The position numbers and the translations under genes were made by a program. From an uncultured Actinomycetes bacterium (GTDB taxonomy: Bacteria; Actinomycetota; JAICYB01): 64,000 bases of DNA. The stretch is taken from NCBI GenBank assembly GCA_963766295.1, contig CAVXYW010000001.1, forward strand, positions 4,364 to 68,363, given 5' to 3'. How positions within the stretch are numbered: the first letter of the stretch is position 1; every line of letters starts with the position of its first letter. The notes under the pieces were generated by a model. That model had not been told where the DNA came from. It worked only from the letters and a program-made list of their open reading frames with translations, and ran no database searches. Shown here piece by piece: positions 9,139 to 18,016 of this stretch.

Positions 9139-11445
9139 CTGAGGAAGCTCAGGTCGGCAGCAGCCGTCGCGTTTGGCACGTTTCTCGCGGTAGCCGCCCT
9201 AACAACACGCGCTTCGGCGGCTCCGCTGCCTTGCCCCGGGGGCGATGGAGACGAGGCGGCTCTCATCACGGCGATCGAAACCGCCAATACGAATGGGCCG
9301 ACGGTGGACATGATCGATCTTGCGACCGATTGCGTCTATTCGTTCACCGCGCCTTATGCGTCCGCCAGCGGTTTCGATTACTGGTACGGGCCCAGCGCGC
9401 TGCCGTCCGTAGCCAGCACGATCATCATCAACGGCAACGGTGCAACGATCGAACGTGGGGCGCCGGCGGAGAACCCATTCCGGCTCTTCTTCGTCGGCGC
9501 TGATCCCGAGGACGCCGACACATTCGGGTACACCTCCCCCGGGCCGGGGAATCTGACCCTGCGCGAACTAACGCTGCGCGGCGGCCTGGCGAAAGGCGGA
9601 GACTCAGGCAACGGCGGAGGCGGTGCCGGCATGGGTGGAGCCATCTTCAACCAGGGCAACGTCACGCTCGACGGCGTAACCATCACCGAGAACAGCGCCG
9701 AAGGAGGGTCCTCAGGTGTCGTACCCAGCAACGCCGGAGGCGGCGTCGGACAAGACGCGCAAGCAACAGGCGGCGGAGGCTTCGACAGCGGATTCACCGA
9801 CGGAGGGGGCGCAGCCGGAGGCGCGGGAGACTTGGGGACCGGAACGGGCGGTGGCGGCGGGGGGCTTCGCGCCTCGGAAGATGGCTCCCCAGGCGGCGCG
9901 GCCGGCGGCGCCGGCGGCGGACCGTCGACCGGGACCGGCGGCAAGGGCGGAGCGATCAACGGTGGTTCTGGAGGAAACGGCAGCGGCGGCGGCGGCGGCC
10001 CCAGCCCCGTGGCGGGTGGCGGCGGGGCCGGCGGTCCGTTCGGATTCGGCGGTGCGAATGGTGCGCTGATCGGAGGGAGTGGAGGCGGGGGCGGAGTCGG
10101 CGGGGGCGGAGCGGCGTCGGGTCTGGGATTGGCAGGCGGCGGAGGCGGTTTCGGCGGGGGTGGCGGCGCTAACGGGGCGGTACCGATCCCGGGCGGAGGC
10201 CTCGGCGGGTTCGGCGGGGGCGGAGGCGGCGGGTTCGGCGGCAGCGGCGGTGGCACCGGCGGGTTCGGCGGAGGGAATGGCGGCAACGGCACTCCCCCGG
10301 ACGACCTTACCGCAGGCACCGGCGGAGGCGGCGCCGGCATGGGCGGCGCGATCTTCAACATGCAGGGCTTCCTCATCGCCGAGAACTCAACCCTGTCCGG
10401 CAACATCGCGCTGGGCGGAGGCGCACTTGCAGGCGGCGAGTCAGGAAGTGGCCTCGGCGGCGCGATCTTCAATCTCAATGGGCTCGTCGACGCCGACTCG
10501 GTAACGATTGCGTTCAACAACGCGACCAGCGGCGGAGGCACGGGTCTCTACAACCTCGGCTACTTGGGCGACGACGCCGGCGATGAAGACGGACACTCGT
10601 ATGCCGCGACAGCCATTATCAGGAACTCGATCTTGGCACCGGGGACCCTGTGTCCGGGTTGCTTCGATGTGTTCTCCAATGCACCGGCGGTTGTGTCCAA
10701 TGGCCTTGCGAATACGGCCACAGCGTTCGTCGACGTAAGCGATCACGATCTCGTGACGACGCAGGACACGGTGGGCGGCGGAATGATCGACGGCTCTCCG
10801 ATCACGGCTGATCCGAACCTCGGCCCCCTACTAGACAACGGCGGACCCACTCCGACGCACGCGCTTCTCGGGATCGGCGAACCCGGTGAAAGTGCAGCGT
10901 TCGACGCCGGGGAAACCGTGCTCGCAGCAGACCAGCGAGGCGAGTCGCGGCCGAGCGGTGCCGCCGACGATATCGGCGCGTTCGAGGTGCAGATCGCCGG
11001 CACAACGCCGACTCCTGCGACTCCGACTCCAGGTGGCGGCACGCCGACGCCCACCGCCAGCCCAGCGATAACTCCGACCAGTACCCCGACAGGTAGCTCC
11101 ACGCCGATACCCGCCGGCAGTTCCATCTCGCCGGCAGCTCTATCGCCGAGAACCCCGGATCCCAGACTGCCCATCACGGGTTTCGACGGTTCAGAGACGC
11201 TCGGGCAGGTCGGCTCCGGCCTCTTATTGGCCGGCTGGGGCTTGGTAAGTTTTTCGCGCGACCGCCGACGAGCCGTCCCGAGCGCGGTCCCTGTTATGGC
11301 ATCAGCGCAGATCCATCAGGTCGAACCGCAGGTTCACGAGGTTGAGCCACAGGTTCACGACGTTGAACCGCAGATTCACAACGCTGAACCGAAACCAAGG
11401 CCGTTGAGCGAGGGCGATCTCCTTCTGCCGTATTGGCCTGAGTGA
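9139..11445 (+). CDS. secreted glycine-rich parallel beta-helix surface protein (CSLREA-like N-terminus, choice-of-anchor-Q-like C-domain, P/T linker, LPITG plus TM anchor plus repeat tail)
   Basis: In-frame upstream of the track start (GTG 9304) lies a signal peptide, RKLRSAAAVAFGTFLAVAALTTRASA/APLPCPG. The body has long GGxGG tracts. Later comes ADPNLGPLLDNGGPTPTHALL...DQRGESRPSGAADDIGAFEV, then a PT-rich linker, LPITG (11167-11181), a hydrophobic stretch and RDRRR. The only start candidate before the signal peptide is CTG 9139, 4 nt after GGGAGGG. Confidence 0.7.
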   Translation: MRKLRSAAAVAFGTFLAVAALTTRASAAPLPCPGGDGDEAALITAIETANTNGPTVDMIDLATDCVYSFTAPYASASGFDYWYGPSALPSVASTIIINGNGATIERGAPAENPFRLFFVGADPEDADTFGYTSPGPGNLTLRELTLRGGLAKGGDSGNGGGGAGMGGAIFNQGNVTLDGVTITENSAEGGSSGVVPSNAGGGVGQDAQATGGGGFDSGFTDGGGAAGGAGDLGTGTGGGGGGLRASEDGSPGGAAGGAGGGPSTGTGGKGGAINGGSGGNGSGGGGGPSPVAGGGGAGGPFGFGGANGALIGGSGGGGGVGGGGAASGLGLAGGGGGFGGGGGANGAVPIPGGGLGGFGGGGGGGFGGSGGGTGGFGGGNGGNGTPPDDLTAGTGGGGAGMGGAIFNMQGFLIAENSTLSGNIALGGGALAGGESGSGLGGAIFNLNGLVDADSVTIAFNNATSGGGTGLYNLGYLGDDAGDEDGHSYAATAIIRNSILAPGTLCPGCFDVFSNAPAVVSNGLANTATAFVDVSDHDLVTTQDTVGGGMIDGSPITADPNLGPLLDNGGPTPTHALLGIGEPGESAAFDAGETVLAADQRGESRPSGAADDIGAFEVQIAGTTPTPATPTPGGGTPTPTASPAITPTSTPTGSSTPIPAGSSISPAALSPRTPDPRLPITGFDGSETLGQVGSGLLLAGWGLVSFSRDRRRAVPSAVPVMASAQIHQVEPQVHEVEPQVHDVEPQIHNAEPKPRPLSEGDLLLPYWPE
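11308..11396 (+). repeat. about four 21-bp tandem repeats (coding, heptad xHxVEPQ)
   Basis: cagatccatcaggtc / gaaccgcaggttcacgaggtt / gagccacaggttcacgacgtt / gaaccgcagattcacaacgct / gaaccg encodes QIHQVEPQVHEVEPQVHDVEPQIHNAEP. Confidence 0.85.
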
Positions 11446-11499
11446 TCGAGTCGGCGACGAGACCGCGCTGAACGAAGCTATACGCCGGTGACGAAAAAT

Positions 11500-12003
11500 C
11501 TACAGAGTGCCGTCGGCGGCCGGCTGAGAAGCCGGCAACTCCTCGACCGGAGCGGGAGTGATCACATCGCGCTCCGTGGCCGGCGGCCAAACGGCGAGGT
11601 ACAAGGCCAGGCCGAGGTAGACGATCAGCATCACGTCGGCCACGAGGTTCACGATCAAAAGGAAGCGAAGCGGCGGGAAAACTCCGAGCAGAAACGTCGC
11701 GATGATGAAGACGGCGAGATAAGTCAGGTTCCTGCGGCGGCGCTCAGCCGCTGTCCGTGAAGCGAGAGTCTGCTGCCGCCGGCGTCCGACCACGCCTTCC
11801 TGCAGCGGGTACGGAGACTTAGGCGGAACGAGGATGCTTCGGCCGCCGAGGACACTGGACCCTCGCCCACGTCCACCCAGCGCACGCAGTGATCTACGGA
11901 ACATGCGTTCAGTATCCATCGGAGAGTTGCCGACGCTTTGTAAGAGAGCCGGTCCCAGCACCAACCCCCAAGCTGCGACTAACAGCACTACGAGTATTCC
12001 CAC
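11500..12003 (-). CDS. membrane protein, candidate SepX/GlpR-like partner of the upstream MoeA/Glp-like gene
   Basis: GTG 12003 lies 6 nt after GGTGGGAG. The protein has an N-terminal TM (GILVVLLVAAWGLVLGPALL), an Arg-rich disordered middle and two C-terminal TMs (LTYLAVFIIATFLLGVFPPLRFLLIVNLVADVMLIVYLGLALYLAV). It sits directly downstream of the moeA-like gene. Confidence 0.5.
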   Translation of the reverse strand: MGILVVLLVAAWGLVLGPALLQSVGNSPMDTERMFRRSLRALGGRGRGSSVLGGRSILVPPKSPYPLQEGVVGRRRQQTLASRTAAERRRRNLTYLAVFIIATFLLGVFPPLRFLLIVNLVADVMLIVYLGLALYLAVWPPATERDVITPAPVEELPASQPAADGTL

Positions 12004-12151
12004 GTGCCGCTCCCACCTCAGTAGTGGGCCCCGTCGGTCGGAAATTAGCACCGCGCAACGATAAATACAAGGATGTAATTACTCCACAGTAGGTAACAGC
12101 GACACCGAGAGCTGCGTTGCTACCGGTTCACCGAGGAGCGAAGCGACCGGC

Positions 12152-12185
12152 AAGGACTTCCAAAGCTTCAGCTTTGGAAGTCCTT
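12152..12185 (-). terminator. perfect 15-bp hairpin at the moeA-like stop codon (possible U-tail-less terminator or processing/stability element)
   Basis: aaggacttccaaagc-ttca-gctttggaagtcctt. The right arm overlaps the TAA stop (12184-12186). No T-tract follows on the minus strand. Confidence 0.4.
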
Positions 12186-13401
12186 ACCAACCCTCGAGGG
12201 GCTCGAGAAGGACGAGCCGGACGGTCGATCCGGGCTCGACCGAGCCGCGATCTGCCGGAAGAACGGCCAACGCGTTCGCTCCGGCCACCGACGAGATGAC
12301 TCCTGGGCCCTGCCTTCCGGAAAGCCGGGCACGCCATCCCTGCTCGTCGCGCCACGCCCGCACACGCAGGTATGTCTCTCGGCCTGCCTTGTGGTCAACG
12401 CCGTCTTCCATGCGGCCTTCGACCTCCGGACGGGTCAAGGTGCGCCGTCCACCCATCTTCAGGAGCGCCGGACGAACGAATAGCTCGTAGGCCAGCACCA
12501 CCGACACCGGCGTCTCCTGCAGGCCGAACAGCGGCCGGCCCTGCACCATCCCAAAGGCGAGATTCAATCCCGGCCGGACCGAGATCGGCCACATGTCGAC
12601 CTCTCCAAGCCCCTCGGTTACGTCCTTGAGAGGACCCTCGGGGTCGGACCCGACGCTGCCACTCACGACGAAGACGTCGGCCTGGGGCAAATAAGAGCGG
12701 AACTTCTCGCGCAGGACGTTCGCATCGCTGCCGACGATCCCGGCGCGGGTCGGCTCGGCCCCCGCCTCTCGGGTCATTCCGGCGATGGCGAAGGAGTTCG
12801 AATCACGGACGCCGCCTGTGCCCAGGGGCTGGCCGGGCTCCTGAAGGGCATCGCCCATCGCGAAGGCCACCACTCGTGGGCGCGGTCGCACCTTGACGCG
12901 GGCCCGGCCGAGCGCAGCCAGCACGCCGACATCCATACCTCTGATGCGCTGACCTTCCTGCATCACAGGGTCGCCCTTCGCGATGTCCTCACCCGCGGGC
13001 CGGACGTTGTCGCCATGTGGCACGGCCCGTCCAATTGCCATAGACGAGCCGACAACGGCGACGTCGTCACGAAGCACGACCGAGTCGGCGCCTTCGGGCA
13101 ACGTTGCACCCCCGGAAACGCGAACCGCTTCACCGTGTGCGATGCGCCCTGCGAAAGGGCGTCCCGCTGCTGCTTCGCCGATGATCGTGAGACTCGCCGG
13201 CGTAGTGGCTGCACTCGCCGTGTCGTCTGCTTTTAGCGCGAACCCCTCCGAAGCGGCGCTTGGGAACGGAGGTAGGTCTTCAGGCGCAGTGACGGTCTCG
13301 GCCAACACGCAGCCGTGTGCGTCAGACACAGATAGCTCGAGCGGATCGAGCACGGATATGCGCTCGAGGATGCGTTCTTGAGCCTCGGTCACGGACAACA
13401 T
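12184..13401 (-). CDS. moeA: MoeA-family protein (molybdopterin molybdenumtransferase or gephyrin-like Glp paralogue)
   Basis: MLSVTEAQERILERISVLDPLELSVSDAHGCVLAETVTAPEDLPPFPSAASEGFALKADD, followed by an MoCF-binding domain (VVAFAMGDALQEPG...RDSNSFAIAGM). Confidence 0.85.
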   Translation of the reverse strand: MLSVTEAQERILERISVLDPLELSVSDAHGCVLAETVTAPEDLPPFPSAASEGFALKADDTASAATTPASLTIIGEAAAGRPFAGRIAHGEAVRVSGGATLPEGADSVVLRDDVAVVGSSMAIGRAVPHGDNVRPAGEDIAKGDPVMQEGQRIRGMDVGVLAALGRARVKVRPRPRVVAFAMGDALQEPGQPLGTGGVRDSNSFAIAGMTREAGAEPTRAGIVGSDANVLREKFRSYLPQADVFVVSGSVGSDPEGPLKDVTEGLGEVDMWPISVRPGLNLAFGMVQGRPLFGLQETPVSVVLAYELFVRPALLKMGGRRTLTRPEVEGRMEDGVDHKAGRETYLRVRAWRDEQGWRARLSGRQGPGVISSVAGANALAVLPADRGSVEPGSTVRLVLLEPLEGW

Positions 13402-13482
13402 TCAAGGGAGAGTAGCAGGGCGCTCGTGCGCCAAGCACTACTGGATAAGCTCACATGTGATCAATGAGATGGAGCGACAACG

Positions 13483-14751
13483 ATGCGCTTTCCGAAGCGA
13501 CTTCCAATGTCTCGCCTCGGCCGAACGCGCCTCGGAGACGGCATCGTGCGCGTCTTCGGCTACTGGAGAGCCGAACGGCGCACGATTCGCCATGGATTCG
13601 TTTCGCTCTTTGTCTCGACGATCGGTGACGTCGGCGCCGGAGTAGCCCTCGGAGCGATGACCGGGACGCTCGAGCGTCTTCCCGGTCTCCTTATCTTGAT
13701 GCCCGCGGCCAACTCAGTTCGCGGTGGGATCTTCGGCGCGCTCTCTTCGCGTTTGGGTACGAGCATCCACACCGGACTCTTCGAGAGGACGGCTCGACGA
13801 GGAAGCTCTCTTTACCAAAACATCCTCTCGGCAACGGTGCTGACGTTTTCCGTTTCCTTCGTTCTCGGCGGGCTGACGAGAGGCGTCGCTCTTGCCCTCG
13901 GACTAACCAGCGTCAGCATCGTGGACCTCGTCGTAATGTCCGTGCTCGGAGGGGCGATCGCGAGCGTGGTCGTAGGAACGTTCGCCGTGCTGCTGGCGCT
14001 TGCCGCGCACGCCTACGGCTGGGACCTCGACAGTGTGGCCACGCCGATCATCACGGCGATCGGGGACATGGTCACGATCCCCGCCCTGTACGCCGCGACC
14101 TTCGCGGTAGGCATCGACTGGGTCACCCCTGTCGCGTGCGGGGCCCTAACGGTTCTGACGCTCGCGCTGACCGTGATGGGCGTGCGCTCCCGGCTCCCCG
14201 AAGCACGCCGCGCCGTCCGCGAAAGCCTCCCCGTGCTGGTGGCAACGGGGACGATCTCACTTCTGGCTGGCGTGGTGATCCAAACGCGCATCGATCGCTT
14301 CATCGTCTTCCCGGCGATCCTCGTGCTGATTCCGCCTCTCATGACTGACACTGGTGCGCTCGCGGGGACTCTAAGTTCCCGGCTGGCCTCGAAGCTCCAT
14401 CTAGGAGCACTCGAACCAAAGGGTTTCCCACACGGACTCGCTCTGCTCGACACATCGATCGTGTTCCTGTTCGGGCTGTGGGTCTTCGCGCTGGTCTCCG
14501 TTGCTTCACACTTCGCTGCCGCTGCAATCGGTCTGGCCTCGCCGGGACTGGGGGCGATGCTCCAAGTAGGCATGCTGGCCGGTTTCATGGTCACGGCCGT
14601 CCTTGTCGTTCTCGCCTACTACGTGGCAATCGCGTCCTACCGCCTCGGCCTGGACCCCGATAACCATGGCATCCCGATCCTGACCAGCACGTCTGATCTC
14701 TTGGCCGTCATCGCGCTGATCATCGCTCTCGTCGTCGTGGGCTTGGCGTGA
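13483..14751 (+). CDS. MgtE/SLC41-like divalent-cation transporter, two membrane-domain repeats, no cytosolic MgtE N-domain
   Basis: Two copies of the MgtE TM module: PGLLILMPAANSVRGGIFGALSSRLGTSIHTG...DLDSVATPIITAIGDMV and FPAILVLIPPLMTDTGALAGTLSSRLASKLHLG...LDPDNHGIPILTSTSDLL. Confidence 0.75.
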   Translation: MRFPKRLPMSRLGRTRLGDGIVRVFGYWRAERRTIRHGFVSLFVSTIGDVGAGVALGAMTGTLERLPGLLILMPAANSVRGGIFGALSSRLGTSIHTGLFERTARRGSSLYQNILSATVLTFSVSFVLGGLTRGVALALGLTSVSIVDLVVMSVLGGAIASVVVGTFAVLLALAAHAYGWDLDSVATPIITAIGDMVTIPALYAATFAVGIDWVTPVACGALTVLTLALTVMGVRSRLPEARRAVRESLPVLVATGTISLLAGVVIQTRIDRFIVFPAILVLIPPLMTDTGALAGTLSSRLASKLHLGALEPKGFPHGLALLDTSIVFLFGLWVFALVSVASHFAAAAIGLASPGLGAMLQVGMLAGFMVTAVLVVLAYYVAIASYRLGLDPDNHGIPILTSTSDLLAVIALIIALVVVGLA

Positions 14752-14780
14752 CAAGCCTTATCCTTTGGAGGACATAAGTA

Positions 14781-15998
14781 ATGGCCGAAGCCCCTAGACG
14801 CAACGTCAAAGAGCTCCTCGCGGAGTCGAAGGACACCTCGGAGTTGATGGTGGACCTCGCGTATGCCGCCGTCTTCTTCTCCGACCCCAAGCTCGCTGGT
14901 GAGGTCGACGATCTCGAAGAGCTGATGGGCCAGTACAGCCGTCAGTTGCGTGTCATCTCGATCCTGGCCGCCCGAAGTCTCGAAGACGCAGAAGCTCTCA
15001 CCGATGTTCTGCATCTCGCGGGTTGCATCGAGCAGATAGCCGATGCCGCGGTTGCGATCTCGCGAGTTGTTTCCATCGGCATGGGAATACCGAGCGTGCT
15101 GAAGCTGGACCTGACGCACGCGGATGAGATCTCGGGACGCGTGCGCGTGCGAGCCGGAGCGCCGTGCGTTGGACGATCGCTCGAAGAACTGGAGTTGCCC
15201 ACCGAAACGGGCATGTGGGTGATCGCCATCCGTCGCGGTTCCGAGTGGGACTTCGACCCCGACGGCGACACCGTCCTTGGTGAGGACGACGTCGTCCTCT
15301 TCCGCGGTCCCGAAGAGGGTGTCCAGCTCATCCGAAAGATGGTGGGCGCCCCGGTCTCCCTTCACCCCGACGATGAGGCGCCGGCGGCGATAGTCGATGA
15401 ACCCGTTTACCCCGAGCTCGACCGTGCTGTCGACATCCTCATCGCGATGAAGAACACGGCAGAAGTCAGCGTCGGGCTGGCCTACTCCGCGTTGATGCTG
15501 CGCGAGCCCGCTCTGGCGGCCGAGGTCACGACGTTGGAGTCACGTTCGGATGAGCTGCAGAGCGAGCTCGAGTCCTGGGTGCTGAGAGCCACGGAGAATT
15601 CGCCGAATCCCGACGAGCTGAGAGGACTGCTTCGGATCGCGTACGCGTCCGAAGCCATCTGCGATGCAGGGCGCTCGATGACACGACTGGTCGATCGCGG
15701 TGAGGACATGCACCCGATCGTTGCCGAGGCGATCGAAGCCTCCGATGCCGTTGCGGTCTCAGCGGTCGTGGAAGAAGGGGCCCTCGCTGCCGGGAAATCA
15801 CTGCGCGAGATCTCCTTCAAAACAGAAACCGGCATGTCGGCGCTGGCGATCCAAAGGAACGGACGATGGATCTATCGGCCGGCCAAGCATTTTGTGCTGC
15901 GAGCGGGTGATCGAATCATCGCTACGGGACCAGAGGACGGCGTCGAAGAGGTCGAAGCGCTCGTGCAAGCACCGGCTCCGGTTCCGGCCGAGGCTTAG
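14781..15998 (+). CDS. cytosolic regulator with two (PhoU-like helical plus TrkA-C/RCK-C) repeats, likely partner of the MgtE-like transporter
   Basis: Two repeats, each a helical segment (SELMVDLAYAAVFFSD... / AEVSVGLAYSALMLRE...) followed by a TrkA-C-like segment (GRSLEELELPTETGMWVIAIRRG...GDTVLGEDDVVLFRG / GKSLREISFKTETGMSALAIQRNG...VLRAGDRIIATG). Confidence 0.6.
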   Translation: MAEAPRRNVKELLAESKDTSELMVDLAYAAVFFSDPKLAGEVDDLEELMGQYSRQLRVISILAARSLEDAEALTDVLHLAGCIEQIADAAVAISRVVSIGMGIPSVLKLDLTHADEISGRVRVRAGAPCVGRSLEELELPTETGMWVIAIRRGSEWDFDPDGDTVLGEDDVVLFRGPEEGVQLIRKMVGAPVSLHPDDEAPAAIVDEPVYPELDRAVDILIAMKNTAEVSVGLAYSALMLREPALAAEVTTLESRSDELQSELESWVLRATENSPNPDELRGLLRIAYASEAICDAGRSMTRLVDRGEDMHPIVAEAIEASDAVAVSAVVEEGALAAGKSLREISFKTETGMSALAIQRNGRWIYRPAKHFVLRAGDRIIATGPEDGVEEVEALVQAPAPVPAEA

Positions 15999-15999
15999 T

Positions 16000-17076
16000 T
16001 CAGCGCGCGGGCGCGAGTCCGTTCACGAAGTCGATTGCGATCTTGCGCGACGGTGCTACAACCCGTGCGAAACCGATGGCGCTTAGCAATCGGATCTCTA
16101 CGCGATCGATGAAGTAGAGGATCCGTCCCTCTCCCGACTGGAGGCGTATCGGGTTGCCTTCGTCGGTGCCCCACGGCGGTGCAAGCTGGGCGGTCGAACC
16201 GATCTCGACGATCGCCAGCTTTCTATCTTTGAGGAACGTTTCCGAGAGGAACTGCGTGGGTTGGCCTTCGCCCGCGGTAATCGCAACGACCGCGGCGCGG
16301 TCCTCCTTCCAGCCAACGGGCGACGTGATCTTTAGTGGCGTGCGTTCCCGATCGCGGACGACCTCCGCAACCAACGTGCCCGTACGGACCAGGTCGGCGG
16401 CCTCAGGTTGAGTGACCTTCTCAGTGGCAGGATCCTTCCCTTCCAAGAGTCTTGATCCGGAAGCACTGTTCTCGGACGCATGTAGCGCCTCGATCAGCCG
16501 GACGGTGCGTCCCTCGATCGTCCAGATCTCTTGCAGGACGATTCCCGTCGCATCAACGCAAGACTCGATCAGTTCATTCTTCGTCGGCGGCGCTAGCGCT
16601 TCGGGAGCCGGCTTGCGATAGGCGAACCAGGCGCACGTGCGGCCGGCGACGGTTCCGGAGCCGGTTGCACGTGCTTGGCCGGCGCGGGATGCGTCGCGCA
16701 GCGCGGCGAGCGACGCATCCCGCGCCGGCCCTCCCGGCGGACGCAAAACACCGAAGCTCGGTTGTCCGTCTTCGCCAAGCACCCACAGGTGATTGCGGGA
16801 GGTGACACGACCGGAACGGACCCGTCCGTTGAGGCCGCGCACCTCCACGCGCCCCCCATAGGGACGTCGCACCTCAACGACTTCAATGCTGACACGTACC
16901 CGAGAAGGCCTCGCGCGATCCTCGATCCGGTAAACAACGTGATATCCGACGATCGCACGCTCGCGAAGATCGGGTGTTACCGATGAGCAAGCTCCGACCG
17001 TAATTGCCGAGAGAACGAACAAAGCTACGAGTGACCGATGTCGGCTTCGCTTCACGGGTTGGAGTTCGAGCCGCAC
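16000..17076 (-). CDS. hypothetical lipoprotein, last gene of Liv-like locus 1
   Basis: Lipobox-type N-terminus SLVALFVLSAITVGAC. I recognise no family. The start is uncertain (GTG 17076 or GTG 17055). Confidence 0.55.
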   Translation of the reverse strand: MRLELQPVKRSRHRSLVALFVLSAITVGACSSVTPDLRERAIVGYHVVYRIEDRARPSRVRVSIEVVEVRRPYGGRVEVRGLNGRVRSGRVTSRNHLWVLGEDGQPSFGVLRPPGGPARDASLAALRDASRAGQARATGSGTVAGRTCAWFAYRKPAPEALAPPTKNELIESCVDATGIVLQEIWTIEGRTVRLIEALHASENSASGSRLLEGKDPATEKVTQPEAADLVRTGTLVAEVVRDRERTPLKITSPVGWKEDRAAVVAITAGEGQPTQFLSETFLKDRKLAIVEIGSTAQLAPPWGTDEGNPIRLQSGEGRILYFIDRVEIRLLSAIGFARVVAPSRKIAIDFVNGLAPAR

Positions 17077-17086
17077 TTGAAGTGTC

Positions 17087-18016
17087 TTAGCGACGGCGTG
17101 CGGTCGGCCGTTTCGCCACGGGACGGCGTTTCGCTACGGGACGGGGCGTAATCTTTCCTTTCCGTTTCTTCGAGAGCGCTCCGGAGCGCCCGACCACTCG
17201 CTCGTCGGTGCCGAGATATGCCTCGATCACTCGGTGGTCGTTGGTGACCTGTTTGGGTGTCCCGCGCGCGATGATGCGTCCGGTCTCCATGGCGATCAAT
17301 TCGTCGGCGACTCCTGTAACCAGCGGCATGTCGTGCTCCACGAGCAGCATCGTGCACCCCGTGGCCTTCTGTACGCGGCGCAGCAGCGGGCCCAGAGCCT
17401 CGGTTTCACGTTGCGCGATACCGGACGAAGGTTCGTCCAACAAGAGAACGGTCGGTTCGTGCGCAAGCACGCAGGCCAGATCGACGATGCGCCGTGAGCC
17501 TGTTGAAAGCTCGGAGATGAACTTGTCGTGAAATGCTCCGAGATGAAGCAACTCGATCAATTCCTCGACGCGCTTCGTGACTTCGCGCTCGGCAGTCCAA
17601 ACCCAGGGAAGACCAAGCACCGTCGAGATCGGCCCTTGCGTCTTCACCTTCCGCTCCAGCGCGCAAGCGAGCGTCTCGGCAACGGTGAGCGACGAGAAGA
17701 GCTTCGCGTCCTGGAAGGAACGGCCAAGACCGACCCGCGATCTCTCGGCCGGCGGGAAGCCGGTGATGTCCTTTGAGCCCAAGGTGATCGTGCCGTGTTG
17801 ATGAGTGACGAAGCCGCAGATCGAATCGAAGAGAGTCGTTTTCCCCGCGCCGTTCGGCCCGATAAGACCGAGAACCTCACCGCGATTTACGTCGAAGGAC
17901 ACATCGTCGACGGCAACGACACCACCGAACGCAACACTCACGCCTTTGACCGAGAGCACGACATCCTCCTTGGGCGCTCGCTTCGAAGCGCGCTTGCCAT
18001 TCACGGCCGGGGTCAT
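17087..18016 (-). CDS. livG: branched-chain amino acid-type ABC ATP-binding protein (LivG-like) with basic C-terminal tail
   Basis: [21 protein letters not shown] and LLLDEPSSG are present. The start overlaps the upstream stop in an ATGA. The tail is [28 protein letters not shown]. Confidence 0.85.
   Translation of the reverse strand: MTPAVNGKRASKRAPKEDVVLSVKGVSVAFGGVVAVDDVSFDVNRGEVLGLIGPNGAGKTTLFDSICGFVTHQHGTITLGSKDITGFPPAERSRVGLGRSFQDAKLFSSLTVAETLACALERKVKTQGPISTVLGLPWVWTAEREVTKRVEELIELLHLGAFHDKFISELSTGSRRIVDLACVLAHEPTVLLLDEPSSGIAQRETEALGPLLRRVQKATGCTMLLVEHDMPLVTGVADELIAMETGRIIARGTPKQVTNDHRVIEAYLGTDERVVGRSGALSKKRKGKITPRPVAKRRPVAKRPTARRR

Noticed and set aside
9600-10450. Glycine-rich tract as a PE_PGRS-type gene
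   Set aside because: There is no PE domain. The N- and C-terminal domains instead match beta-helix/choice-of-anchor-type surface proteins, so the resemblance is compositional only.
9378-10541. 387-aa proline-rich ORF on the minus strand
   Set aside because: It is the antisense shadow of the glycine-rich tract of the plus-strand gene (GGN codons read as NCC). It has no start context, and the plus-strand product has a signal peptide and recognisable terminal domains.
11308-11396. Tandem 21-bp repeats as a possible CRISPR array or minisatellite outside genes
   Set aside because: There are no spacers, the repeats are contiguous and in frame inside an ORF, and they encode a heptad peptide repeat. 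No cas genes lie in the window.
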